From the sequence record PZ357121.2: a DNA stretch of 64,000 nucleotides; one strand, 5' to 3'. The notes below the pieces were generated by a model that was given only the letters and a program-made list of their open reading frames with translations, did not search any database and was not told the origin of the DNA. The first letter of the stretch is position 1. Each line of letters starts with the position of its first letter. Below are positions 25,166-33,834 of this stretch, piece by piece. The position numbers were made by a program, and so were the translations under genes. Source of the stretch: a phage.

Positions 25166-25624
25166 CTAGATTTTAATCACTGCTTTAGAAGCTTTTCCTG
25201 GTAGTCGTTTACTGTTAATAATAGCCATTCTGCATTGAAGAGTCTTCATTTTGAATGCTGGATTTTCGCGACAAACTGTAAGTCCTAACCAAAGATTTCC
25301 ATCAGTTATTTCTAAACGGCCTGGGCGATATTCGACACCTTCGACAAAATCTTCATCAACATCTGGACGTGCCGGCATTGATAAAAATTCTGCAACTTCT
25401 TTAACATGATTTTTTACTTTACGAAATAATTCAAAAACGTAATTCTCATCTATTTCTCTCTGGATGGCACGATCTAAGAGATGTTGAGAATACTTGATAT
25501 GAAAGCCTGGTAGTCCAAGAGACTTTGCAGCATCTTTTATACTGGCATTTATTTTGCGGAACTCCGTTTCAAAGATTCGACGGAGTTTATTGCGGCGGAT
25601 AAAAACGTCTGAATTGATAGCCAT
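25166..25624 (-). CDS. regB: endoribonuclease RegB
   Basis: 152 aa; similarity to my recollection of T4 RegB (FIRRNKLRR...YSQHLLDRAIQREID...CRMAIINS.RLPGKASKAVIK). Confidence 0.8.
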   Translation of the reverse strand: MAINSDVFIRRNKLRRIFETEFRKINASIKDAAKSLGLPGFHIKYSQHLLDRAIQREIDENYVFELFRKVKNHVKEVAEFLSMPARPDVDEDFVEGVEYRPGRLEITDGNLWLGLTVCRENPAFKMKTLQCRMAIINSKRLPGKASKAVIKI

Positions 25625-25632
25625 TTTGATTT

Positions 25633-25681
25633 CTCCTCTAGTTGACAGGTCTATAGTAACACAACTAGAGGAGAAGTAAAC
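25633..25681 (-). promoter_or_regulatory. early-type promoter inside 12-bp inverted repeat CTCCTCTAGTTG/CAACTAGAGGAG; 3' arm is the regB Shine-Dalgarno
   Basis: minus strand GTTTACTTCTCCTCTAGTTGTGTTACTATAGACCTGTCAACTAGAGGAGAAATCAAAATG. Confidence 0.55.
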
Positions 25682-25980
25682 TACTCTTTGAAAGGAATTA
25701 ACTTTTTAACTGCTTTAGATACTTCGTCACGAACCTGGTGGAAGTTCTTGAGCTGTTCAAGGCGTTGTTCGTAATACGCAATCTCATCTTCTTCAAGACA
25801 ATCGTCAGCGTCTTCTTTCAGATATGCCTTGTACTCATTAAAGAGGGCCCATAGGCGGTTCTCAAAGTCATCAAGGCTTTGAATTTTCTTGTGCTTCGGA
25901 ACAAGGCCAAAAGGATTGCTTTCAGTTATGCGTCTAGATGCTTCATAATGAGTTCCAAAGCCTGATAGGATTTGAGCCAT
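25681..25980 (-). CDS. hypothetical acidic protein
   Basis: ORF track 99 aa. Confidence 0.5.
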   Translation of the reverse strand: MAQILSGFGTHYEASRRITESNPFGLVPKHKKIQSLDDFENRLWALFNEYKAYLKEDADDCLEEDEIAYYEQRLEQLKNFHQVRDEVSKAVKKLIPFKE

Positions 25981-26246
25981 TAGTATTTTTCCTCAGGTCG
26001 AAATACTGCACGACAGGCCCACATGCTGGCTTCTTTTAGATGTTGCTTAGCATACTTAAGAGCCTGTACTGCATCCATATCTTCTTTGGTTTGTTGCTCT
26101 GTTTCATTTTCTTTCAAGATATATGCTTCTTCAATCAGAGCATCAAACAACAATCCAAGACGGACTTCTGCATCTTTAATAGCGTTCACTTTACCGATTT
26201 TATCATCGGTATGCGGCTTGTAGCCTTTGATGTCTTCAATCGACAT
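25980..26246 (-). CDS. hypothetical protein
   Basis: ORF track 25980..26414; ATG at 26246 (MSIEDIKG) with GAGGAAA upstream gives 88 aa. Confidence 0.45.
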   Translation of the reverse strand: MSIEDIKGYKPHTDDKIGKVNAIKDAEVRLGLLFDALIEEAYILKENETEQQTKEDMDAVQALKYAKQHLKEASMWACRAVFRPEEKY

Positions 26247-26460
26247 AAGGAATTTCCTCATCGGTGGCAAGGTCATATTCGACCAATTGGATAGGCTCAT
26301 TAATACCATATCCACGTACAGTGATATCAGTTGTCGGATAGTTTCCAGTAATATCACCCATTCTAAATGATTCAATGAATGATTGCTCGCCTGAGCAACT
26401 AAACCAGGCGGCAAAACATTTTAAAACATCTTCAGACCCTTCTATAATCAATTTAGCCAT
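26236..26460 (-). CDS. hypothetical acidic protein
   Basis: ORF track 74 aa. Confidence 0.45.
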   Translation of the reverse strand: MAKLIIEGSEDVLKCFAAWFSCSGEQSFIESFRMGDITGNYPTTDITVRGYGINEPIQLVEYDLATDEEIPYVD

Positions 26461-26822
26461 TATAGACTCTCAGTAAAGGTGCGAGCGATAACGTCACGCT
26501 GCTGTTCCGGAGTCAGAGAGTTAAAGCGAACTGCATAACCGGATACACGGATGGTCAGCTGCGGATATTTTTCCGGATGCTTAACTGCATCTTCCAGAGT
26601 TTCACGACGCAGAACGTTAACGTTCAGATGTTGACCACCTTCAATTTTAACTTTAGGTTGATGTTCAATTTCAATTTCACGGGCATTCAAACCGTAGAAA
26701 ATTTCTGGGTCTACAATAGCGTCTTCTTTAAAAGTCTTAGAGACAATAATCCGGGCTTGAGTACCGTCTTCAAAATAAATAGTGCCTTTGTGTGTGCCTT
26801 CAAGAATTTGATATGCTTTCAT
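26460..26822 (-). CDS. autonomous glycyl radical cofactor (GrcA/YfiD-like)
   Basis: 120 aa; C-terminal half [61 protein letters not shown] matches the glycyl-radical domain (RVSGY) of E. coli GrcA as I recall it. Confidence 0.85.
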   Translation of the reverse strand: MKAYQILEGTHKGTIYFEDGTQARIIVSKTFKEDAIVDPEIFYGLNAREIEIEHQPKVKIEGGQHLNVNVLRRETLEDAVKHPEKYPQLTIRVSGYAVRFNSLTPEQQRDVIARTFTESL

Positions 26823-26828
26823 ATAACC

Positions 26829-27137
26829 TCAATTAGAAAATAAATTTATCCAAGTTTTTTCTTTAATCAAAAATGGGTTGGAATTAAACACCATTAAACT
26901 TTGAGTGATTAATCCCTTAAATGGCCCATCAATAAATTCCATTTTGAAATGTGGAATACTAGTCATCAACCGTGCATTAGGAGCAGTACAAAGAACCTGC
27001 TGACCTGCGAACGGACCTTTAGTCAAACGATATCGTTTAGGTTTAAAATGGTAAATCTCATAATTTTCTACAAGAGCCCTTTTATTGCATACCGGGCTAT
27101 TATAACAATATTCAAAAACTTCAATAGTGGTCATCAT
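26829..27137 (-). CDS. hypothetical protein
   Basis: ORF track 26829..27200; likely start at internal Met about 27137. Confidence 0.4.
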   Translation of the reverse strand: MMTTIEVFEYCYNSPVCNKRALVENYEIYHFKPKRYRLTKGPFAGQQVLCTAPNARLMTSIPHFKMEFIDGPFKGLITQSLMVFNSNPFLIKEKTWINLFSN

Positions 27138-27673
27138 TGCATTCCAATCACAAAAAATTGAGGACGAGCAATACCGCCGTTGCAATATTTGCTTTTGCAA
27201 CAGTGTTGGACTGTTTTAATATGTACATTGTAAATCTTATCCATATCAGGAGCTTTAATAGGCTCGTCAATTATATACAGAATACGAGAAAGCGTTAATC
27301 CACGGAATTTAGAACCTTCATTGCCAATAAAACTACGAACAGAATCAGTAAATAAACGGAATCGAATATCGTCGCTAGAATAACGAGAAAATTCTTTTTC
27401 AATGTTGCCAGCAGAAATTTTAGCATAAGCTGAAGTATTAGAAAGAACAATAACCGTTCCACCATCATACAGCCAATTAGCAGCAAAGTTAGTCACAGCA
27501 ATTGATTTACCTGATTGTCGGCCACCGTCTAAACGAAGTGTACAGTACTGCTTGAGTACGTCTTCAAACGGTGGGACATAACCGTTCTTACAAATTTCTT
27601 CTACTCTAGCATCAGAATGGTGTGTAAAAGCATTCATCAGGGATAGATAAGGTCCAGTTAAAAATGTTCTCAT
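27134..27673 (-). CDS. hypothetical P-loop NTPase
   Basis: ORF track 27134..27709; ATG at 27673 gives 179 aa; Walker A DGGRQSGKS, Walker B ILYIIDEP. Confidence 0.5.
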   Translation of the reverse strand: MRTFLTGPYLSLMNAFTHHSDARVEEICKNGYVPPFEDVLKQYCTLRLDGGRQSGKSIAVTNFAANWLYDGGTVIVLSNTSAYAKISAGNIEKEFSRYSSDDIRFRLFTDSVRSFIGNEGSKFRGLTLSRILYIIDEPIKAPDMDKIYNVHIKTVQHCCKSKYCNGGIARPQFFVIGMQ

Positions 27674-27849
27674 ATTATTTCTCTTAAGGTTTGGGCCATT
27701 CCGTGGCACATGTTAGGTCCTTCGACTCGCTATGTAAACCCATTACCGCATTGCGCTCGACCTTATTACAGGTTGGAAAAGGTACATCACTCAGAGGACT
27801 CGACGTTCATGAGGAGAGGTTGCGTTCCCCTTTATTAGACAGGAATTAT

Positions 27850-28110
27850 TTAAGCTTTACCACCAGAAACAATTCCAAAGTTATCAAAATCGTATTCAAT
27901 ATCATCAGCATCCACTTTAGGTCCCGCTACGATGTATGCGATTTCGCGGCGCTTTGCATAGGTATTGATTTCTTTACCGTCACCACCTAAGAAAGAATAT
28001 CCATTACGTTTTAATGAGCCAAAGTCTTCAGCATCACCTGCGAATGCTTTAACTTTAAATTTAGGGCCTTTAACGACTGCTTCTGTGATAAATTCTTGAT
28101 ACGTTTTCAT
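27850..28110 (-). CDS. internal head protein (IP) paralog with N-terminal capsid-targeting sequence MKTYQEFITEA
   Basis: 86 aa from ATG at 28110; N-terminus matches the conserved T4 IPI/IPII/IPIII leader. Confidence 0.6.
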   Translation of the reverse strand: MKTYQEFITEAVVKGPKFKVKAFAGDAEDFGSLKRNGYSFLGGDGKEINTYAKRREIAYIVAGPKVDADDIEYDFDNFGIVSGGKA

Positions 28111-28125
28111 TTTTATGTCCATTAG

Positions 28126-28539
28126 TTAGTAAATTGATTTGCCATAATATTTGTACCAAGACGGCCGTTGAGCAATTTTTTCATCTAAGCGTGCTTGACT
28201 TATCGCAATGGACGCTTCGGACGGGTCATAATTATTACGAAATTCGGCAGGGATGTCGGAAATATCCTGGACTGTCGTGTCCTTGATTTTGAAACCACGT
28301 TTCAAGCATTCAGCGATTAGCTCGATTTGACGTAAACGTAAAAATTCGAGTTTGTCGTAAAAGAATGTTACGTGACCTGTGCCTAAGATAAATGTTGGAG
28401 AGATTTTAAAATCCTTTACACGTTTACCGTTTTGAACATGTTTACGGACTGCACCAAATACGCGTGGTAATTCACGATACTCAGCCATAAGATGTTGGTC
28501 GGCCAGTTCAGAAACAAGTGTTAAATTGATACGGGTCAT
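28126..28539 (-). CDS. denV: endonuclease V (pyrimidine dimer DNA glycosylase) DenV
   Basis: 137 aa from ATG at 28539; very high similarity to T4 endonuclease V ([35 protein letters not shown]...). Confidence 0.9.
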   Translation of the reverse strand: MTRINLTLVSELADQHLMAEYRELPRVFGAVRKHVQNGKRVKDFKISPTFILGTGHVTFFYDKLEFLRLRQIELIAECLKRGFKIKDTTVQDISDIPAEFRNNYDPSEASIAISQARLDEKIAQRPSWYKYYGKSIY

Positions 28540-28542
28540 AAT

Positions 28543-28596
28543 TTCCTCCAAGTAGTTGATGAATGTATAGTATCAAAGTCCTTGGAGGAAGTAAAC
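28543..28596 (-). promoter_or_regulatory. early-type promoter inside 10-bp inverted repeat TTCCTCCAAG/CTTGGAGGAA; 3' arm is the denV Shine-Dalgarno
   Basis: minus strand GTTTACTTCCTCCAAGGACTTTGATACTATACATTCATCAACTACTTGGAGGAAATTATG. Confidence 0.55.
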
Positions 28597-28597
28597 A

Positions 28598-28879
28598 CTA
28601 TTTTTCTGAAGCGCCTGAAATATATTTTTCAAGACGTTGTTTCATTAGCGAGCCGTTCTTAGCGATTTCTTCCGGTTTATCGCACATACGTAACAAGGCT
28701 TCAAGCTTAGCGATATCGCTGGTACGTTCAAATTTGCGAGTATCTATCTTACTAGCAAGTTCAGAAATACGTGCTAATAGACTTTCAGCTTCAACCAAAG
28801 CTGCACCTAGCTTAGTTGCAAATGTGTCAGTAGCTTCGTTAAGAATAGATTCTGATAAAAATTCACTATATGTTTTCAT
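28598..28879 (-). CDS. internal head protein (IP) paralog with leader [11 protein letters not shown]
   Basis: 93 aa from ATG at 28879. Confidence 0.55.
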   Translation of the reverse strand: MKTYSEFLSESILNEATDTFATKLGAALVEAESLLARISELASKIDTRKFERTSDIAKLEALLRMCDKPEEIAKNGSLMKQRLEKYISGASEK

Positions 28880-29364
28880 ATATACGCTTTCCAAGTTCCT
28901 GTTTTAAATGTTGAGATTACGCGTTTCGCGCGATTAGGTGTCTGACGATACCATTTAGATTGGGCTAGATTTACTGCCGCTTCATCCCAACGTTTCTGTT
29001 GAAGCATACGAAGAGAATTAGTAAAACCGGCGACTCCTGCTACACCCATTTGGAAGACCATATTGACCAATGCACACCGACGAACTGCATCTAAAGAATC
29101 ATATACCGGTTTAAGTTTAGCATTACCCAAGATTCCGCGGACGGCTTTATCAACGTCTTCATTAAATAGCTTTTCAGCCTCATCAAGGGTAATTGTACCG
29201 TTGCATTTACGTCCGATCATTCTGTCAAGTTCAGCTTTAGCTACGGCTAAAGACGGATTCTTTGTTACTAAATGACCTATGCCAATCGTCCAAAAGCCTT
29301 CAGTGTCTTTGTATAAAGTCAGTCTAAGACCTTCGTCATTACGAAGCATTTCAAATATATTCAT
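28876..29364 (-). CDS. e: lysozyme (endolysin) e
   Basis: 162 aa from ATG at 29364 (MNIFEMLR); catalytic E11, D20, T26 conserved; roughly 80% identical to T4 lysozyme from memory. Confidence 0.9.
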   Translation of the reverse strand: MNIFEMLRNDEGLRLTLYKDTEGFWTIGIGHLVTKNPSLAVAKAELDRMIGRKCNGTITLDEAEKLFNEDVDKAVRGILGNAKLKPVYDSLDAVRRCALVNMVFQMGVAGVAGFTNSLRMLQQKRWDEAAVNLAQSKWYRQTPNRAKRVISTFKTGTWKAYI

Positions 29365-29365
29365 A

Positions 29366-29400
29366 ATACCTCCCACGTTTATAGGAGGTATTTATTACTT
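29366..29400 (-). promoter_or_regulatory. lysozyme regulatory hairpin TACCTCC/GGAGGTA with late-promoter-like AATAAATA and TATAAACG; 3' arm is the Shine-Dalgarno
   Basis: minus strand AAGTAATAAATACCTCCTATAAACGTGGGAGGTATTATG; same architecture as the T4 gene e translational control. Confidence 0.55.
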
Positions 29401-29854
29401 ATAGGAGGGTAGTGAGCACCTTATATAATGATTTGCCCATTACATATTCCCATTGAGAAGGTTTAATTAAAGCGAATGCATCAAATTCAGGAATCTGTCG
29501 TCCGTCTGGGAACGTATGATAGGAATTACAAACACTGTTTCTGAATTGCTCGTGCTCTACAGGGATGGTATATAAGAACAGATGAATATTCTTATTGTCT
29601 GAGTAACGATGTTCACCTAGGTCTTTCAGGAAGGCAGGGTCATATTGTGTAAACCCAGTTTCTTCTTCGCATTCACGAATAGCGGCTTCGATAGGAGATT
29701 CACCGGGCTCGACACGGCCTTTAGGAATATCCCACCGATGAGCTAAAGAACCTTTAGGACGAGAACCAGTTACACGGCCCATGAATAACTCTTTATCTTT
29801 TGTCATGAAGATAATACCAGCTGATAGCTCTTTCACTTTATTTTTCTTACTCAT
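29399..29854 (-). CDS. nudE: Nudix hydrolase NudE
   Basis: 151 aa from ATG at 29854; Nudix box GRVEPGESPIEAAIRECEEETG. Confidence 0.8.
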   Translation of the reverse strand: MSKKNKVKELSAGIIFMTKDKELFMGRVTGSRPKGSLAHRWDIPKGRVEPGESPIEAAIRECEEETGFTQYDPAFLKDLGEHRYSDNKNIHLFLYTIPVEHEQFRNSVCNSYHTFPDGRQIPEFDAFALIKPSQWEYVMGKSLYKVLTTLL

Positions 29855-30333
29855 CATCTCAAATTCCTGCATTCGGTAATAAAATGTTCAACTTCATTAT
29901 TCTTGGCCTTTATCTTGTCTTTATGATCTTGTAAACTACTTTTAATAAGATTAATAATGATGGCGGCGGTACCGCCGCCAATGATGCCACCAACAACACT
30001 TATGATACTAGATGCTAATAAGATAGCAATAATATCAACAAAACCGAAAGAACTCACCTTAGTACTGAAAAACCATATAGACGGTACAAATATAATCCAT
30101 CCTGTTATCCATTGGCACTTATTGAAAAACCTTTCAAGCTCAGCTTGAGTTGTTCGTATTACTTCATCGATAGGTTGATATCCATTAATGTATCTGTTCA
30201 CGATAATACCTGCTGGCTGGTCGATTTTAAATTCTTGACAAATATGTTTCACTAAGTAGGATGGACAGGATGTCCAATCTACTGAATAGTATGAAATACC
30301 TTCATTGCCATCGTCTATATTATTGTTAATCAT
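29854..30333 (-). CDS. hypothetical membrane protein with C-terminal HFITECR motif
   Basis: 159 aa; TM segments; C-terminal motif shared with 31021, 33475, 34177 ORFs. Confidence 0.5.
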   Translation of the reverse strand: MINNNIDDGNEGISYYSVDWTSCPSYLVKHICQEFKIDQPAGIIVNRYINGYQPIDEVIRTTQAELERFFNKCQWITGWIIFVPSIWFFSTKVSSFGFVDIIAILLASSIISVVGGIIGGGTAAIIINLIKSSLQDHKDKIKAKNNEVEHFITECRNLR

Positions 30334-31019
30334 TACCAGCCTTCCATAGGGAATTCCAGATAAACTTGAGCATTGACACGAATTTCATTGGTAATCTTTT
30401 TAACTCGGTCTGTATTACGAGATACACGTCCGAACCAACGCCATCCATTACTAATTGCACGAGAACCAGTGTGCCATGTTTGCCAATCAAACTGAAGAAG
30501 AGTACGATCTGGAGCTTCCCATTTCTCTAGTTCACCTTTTTCGATTTTTTCGAGGACTTCTTTGTGCCACTGGCGATAGATAAGTTCGCCATCAGGAATC
30601 TGACCGAACTCTGCAGTTCCTGTTGCAAAATGAGTAGGACACACATCAGCGTTAACAAGACCAAGAATATGTTCAGAATGGTAACGAGGGTTGTCATAAT
30701 CAGGTTGTCCTGCAGTAATAAAGTGTTGACCGGCTGGAATATCAGGGCGTGGTACGTCATCATGGTGATATCCAGGAATAGCAGGATACCAACCAGGCAT
30801 CAACATGTGAACTCGTGAATCAAATACTACATCCGAGTCTTTCCAATCGCCAGGAAGATTTTGGATAAAGCTACGAGTAATTGGACCGCCATTATCAAAA
30901 GCAAAATTCAAATCGCAGTTAAAGAACATAGGCTCGTTTTTAATCTGGTCGTTTTTAATCGCGTGAGCAAAACCACCTACTGCACGAGCTTGGCTATTAA
31001 ACACTTTAGAACTATTCAT
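30333..31019 (-). CDS. hypothetical protein with His-rich HxD...H motifs (possible metal-dependent enzyme)
   Basis: 228 aa; GYHHDDVPR...AGQHF. Confidence 0.45.
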   Translation of the reverse strand: MNSSKVFNSQARAVGGFAHAIKNDQIKNEPMFFNCDLNFAFDNGGPITRSFIQNLPGDWKDSDVVFDSRVHMLMPGWYPAIPGYHHDDVPRPDIPAGQHFITAGQPDYDNPRYHSEHILGLVNADVCPTHFATGTAEFGQIPDGELIYRQWHKEVLEKIEKGELEKWEAPDRTLLQFDWQTWHTGSRAISNGWRWFGRVSRNTDRVKKITNEIRVNAQVYLEFPMEGW

Positions 31020-31020
31020 A

Positions 31021-31326
31021 TTATTTTCCTCGACATTCTTTAATGAAATTTTCTAGATTGGTAGATTCAATAGCTTTTTTACGAGCTTCTGCGTGTTCTT
31101 CTTCAGACAATTTACATTTATAATTGACCCAGACATTATGGTCGAAACTAGTCGTGGCATATAATAACAATGCTCCAACGAATAGCAAAAACGGCGATAA
31201 GAATACAAAACCAGGAACACCATCCATATCGTAAGCCTTTTGTAATACTGCAACAGAAAGAGCTGCGTAAAAAGGTGATGCAAATATTGTTAAAAGACCA
31301 ATTCGGTTGGTTTCGCCTAATTTCAT
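31021..31326 (-). CDS. hypothetical membrane protein with C-terminal NFIKECR motif
   Basis: 101 aa; GAGGAG before ATG. Confidence 0.5.
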   Translation of the reverse strand: MKLGETNRIGLLTIFASPFYAALSVAVLQKAYDMDGVPGFVFLSPFLLFVGALLLYATTSFDHNVWVNYKCKLSEEEHAEARKKAIESTNLENFIKECRGK

Positions 31327-31345
31327 AATATTCTCCTCATGTTTT

Positions 31346-31384
31346 AATAGGACTACTATAACATAGTCCTATCATGTTGTAAAC
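31346..31384 (-). promoter_or_regulatory. hairpin-embedded early promoter, family A copy
   Basis: plus strand aataggactactataacatagtcctatcatgttgtaaac. Confidence 0.6.
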
Positions 31385-31396
31385 AGTTTTGCGAAA

Positions 31397-32353
31397 CTAT
31401 TTGAAAGGTTTTACCATATGGAAATTTTGTTTGAAACGTTTGACGTAATCATCATGTCCTAAGCTTTGATACATACTTACTACTTTGCTGTAGTTTTCCC
31501 AGGCATACTCACGGAACCAGCCGGAGGTTATGCTTGTGCAGACTTTTTCTAATGCTATCATAAAACTGGCTTCAGGGTTAATTTTAAAGTCATTAGGAAT
31601 CTGAGAACGTTCTAATGCTAGTACACATGATTCTTCGTATACGCCGGCCAATTTGACCATTTCTGGCAATGATTCAAACTTCTCGCGTGAGGTCATGACT
31701 TCAGAACCGTCTTTCATATAAAATGTATACGCTGGACGGTCTGTTAGTGCAATGGCTTCATGAATAGTATCATGGTCGTATGTATAGATGTCATCTTTAA
31801 AGAACGCACTTTTAGAAGTGTCAAGAACTGGGTGAGCATAGTTCAAGGTTTCTTTCTGGCGTTTCAGCATAATTTCAGTAAGTTCATCGTTCAGTGTAAC
31901 ACCTTTACCACGAAGATACTGAATATGGTTCATAGTCTTTAAAAAGAACGGATTATTTTTCTTGAAACGATGAGACATCTTAATTGCAAGACATATCTCA
32001 GGAGTTGCCCAGTAAAACCCATTCAAACGGTCTTTAGACAAATGTTTCTTGGCGTATTTTAAAAGGTCATAAGAAGACGTGAAATCTTCAGGAGTGAGTT
32101 CACCGACTAATTCACGGACATTAGTGATTGCCGGAACAATATACGCTTCAAAATGAGTTTCGCGTCCGTTATGGAAGCATTTGAAAACTTGGACATCAGG
32201 GTTATCTTGATGAACATATACACCCATCATTTGATTTTTGAATGTATTCCAAGAACCTTGGTCTGCAATAAAGTCCCAGTCACTATTTTTGATAGCGTTA
32301 GAATCAATAAGACCATGATAGTGAAGTGCACGAGAACCAATAACTAACATCAT
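31397..32353 (-). CDS. hypothetical 318-aa protein (N-terminal IGSRALHYHGL...SDWDF, weak NTase-like signature)
   Basis: ORF track. Confidence 0.45.
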   Translation of the reverse strand: MMLVIGSRALHYHGLIDSNAIKNSDWDFIADQGSWNTFKNQMMGVYVHQDNPDVQVFKCFHNGRETHFEAYIVPAITNVRELVGELTPEDFTSSYDLLKYAKKHLSKDRLNGFYWATPEICLAIKMSHRFKKNNPFFLKTMNHIQYLRGKGVTLNDELTEIMLKRQKETLNYAHPVLDTSKSAFFKDDIYTYDHDTIHEAIALTDRPAYTFYMKDGSEVMTSREKFESLPEMVKLAGVYEESCVLALERSQIPNDFKINPEASFMIALEKVCTSITSGWFREYAWENYSKVVSMYQSLGHDDYVKRFKQNFHMVKPFK

Positions 32354-32381
32354 AATATTTTCCTCGGATTAATTCATTAAC

Positions 32382-32621
32382 TTAAATTTCACGACATGCG
32401 ATATCATATTCATCCCAGAGGTCATCGTGTGAAGCCTCTACCAATGGAACGATTGTACCATTTATGTCTTCATTATAAGGGCAAATTGTACAGTGCGCAT
32501 CTTCGAATCGAATGCCTTTGTGTTCAGATTTTTTATAACGCATATCGAATATCTTTGCAAACTTTTCACGAGTAATGGTTTTAGCAACCACTTCGGTTCC
32601 AACACTTTCGTAATAAATCAT
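32382..32621 (-). CDS. hypothetical protein
   Basis: ORF track 79 aa; GGAG before ATG. Confidence 0.5.
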   Translation of the reverse strand: MIYYESVGTEVVAKTITREKFAKIFDMRYKKSEHKGIRFEDAHCTICPYNEDINGTIVPLVEASHDDLWDEYDIACREI

Positions 32622-32640
32622 TGTGGACTCCGTTTAATTT

Positions 32641-32679
32641 GATAGGACTACTATAACATAGCCCTATCTTGTTGTAAAC
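32641..32679 (-). promoter_or_regulatory. hairpin-embedded early promoter, family A copy (one arm mismatch)
   Basis: plus strand gataggactactataacatagccctatcttgttgtaaac. Confidence 0.55.
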
Positions 32680-32683
32680 TGTT

Positions 32684-32881
32684 TTAGCAAGAATAACTAG
32701 ATGATACCCAGCCTTGAACAGTAATACTATTATTTGATACCGAGATCGCGTTCTGGAGATTCAGGCCTGCGTTATCTTCAATCCACAATGTAACTTCTTC
32801 GCGTTCTTCTGTTGCAATTTGGAACAGGTTTTCTAGGGCAGCTACTGCCGTACGTACAGCACAATCTAATTCACGAGACAT
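32684..32881 (-). CDS. hypothetical small protein ending GWVSSSYSC (paralog family)
   Basis: ORF track 65 aa. Confidence 0.45.
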   Translation of the reverse strand: MSRELDCAVRTAVAALENLFQIATEEREEVTLWIEDNAGLNLQNAISVSNNSITVQGWVSSSYSC

Positions 32882-32890
32882 ATGGTTTCC

Positions 32891-33163
32891 TTAACAAGTG
32901 TGAGAAGATGCGATCCAACCACCAGTTTCGAGGCTCAGGTTGTAGTCGTATTGGTAAACATCAGCCCATTCAGCATAGCCGTTTTTTGTACAACGTTCAA
33001 GATCGGCTTTAAGTTGTCCGGGTGAATGATAGGTTCCACCCATACCATAAGCTGGACACAAGTCGAATGTTGTGTTTTGTTTATCAGCAATTTCTTTGGC
33101 AGCCTCAATAGCTGCATAGATTTTTGCTACGGCTTCAGCCAGTTCGGTTTGTTCTTTAGACAT
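32891..33163 (-). CDS. hypothetical small protein ending GGWIASSHTC (paralog family)
   Basis: ORF track 90 aa. Confidence 0.5.
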   Translation of the reverse strand: MSKEQTELAEAVAKIYAAIEAAKEIADKQNTTFDLCPAYGMGGTYHSPGQLKADLERCTKNGYAEWADVYQYDYNLSLETGGWIASSHTC

Positions 33164-33172
33164 AATGATTCC

Positions 33173-33478
33173 TTAGCACAACGCAGAAGACGAAACCCAA
33201 GCACCTTCAGTAATAACGTAACCATTACCTTCACGCTTAACATCGCCACCATTATTTTCAATTTCATCTTTCATCCACTGGGATACGATTTCACCCTTAG
33301 GATAATAAGTACGACCGCTACCATAATCACCTACAGAAAATGATACGGCGTATTGGTCTGCGATCTTTGTTGCTTCTTCTTCGATACGTTCAGCTTGATT
33401 CAGAAGTTTATAAATTGCATCTGAAGCGGATTTGGCATCATTAAACTCTGGTACTTTAATTTCAATAATCTTACTCAT
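33173..33478 (-). CDS. hypothetical small protein ending GAWVSSSALC (paralog family)
   Basis: ORF track 101 aa. Confidence 0.5.
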   Translation of the reverse strand: MSKIIEIKVPEFNDAKSASDAIYKLLNQAERIEEEATKIADQYAVSFSVGDYGSGRTYYPKGEIVSQWMKDEIENNGGDVKREGNGYVITEGAWVSSSALC

Positions 33479-33834
33479 TTTCTACATTCCTTAATAAAGT
33501 TTTCTATTGTTTCATTTTCACGTCTAGCTAGGAGTTCATTATAACTAATCATTTGAGAAGCGTAAACCTTTTTATTTTTCTTGTTATGGTTTATAAAATC
33601 GTAGTAAAAATAGACTACAGTACAAAATGATGCGATGGATGCAAAGGCTTGGGTATACCGTAAGTCCTGCCATTGGTCTGTGAATCCACCAGTGTTCCCT
33701 ATAAATCCTAACACAACGCCGTCAATAAGAAATCCAACTAATCCAAAGGCAAATCCCATGCCAATACTCATAATAAAAATTAGAATGTTCTCACCAAGAG
33801 AAGGCCATACGGTTAAGAGTTGAGGCTTTTGCAT
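33475..33834 (-). CDS. hypothetical membrane protein with C-terminal NFIKECRK motif
   Basis: ORF track 119 aa. Confidence 0.5.
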   Translation of the reverse strand: MQKPQLLTVWPSLGENILIFIMSIGMGFAFGLVGFLIDGVVLGFIGNTGGFTDQWQDLRYTQAFASIASFCTVVYFYYDFINHNKKNKKVYASQMISYNELLARRENETIENFIKECRK

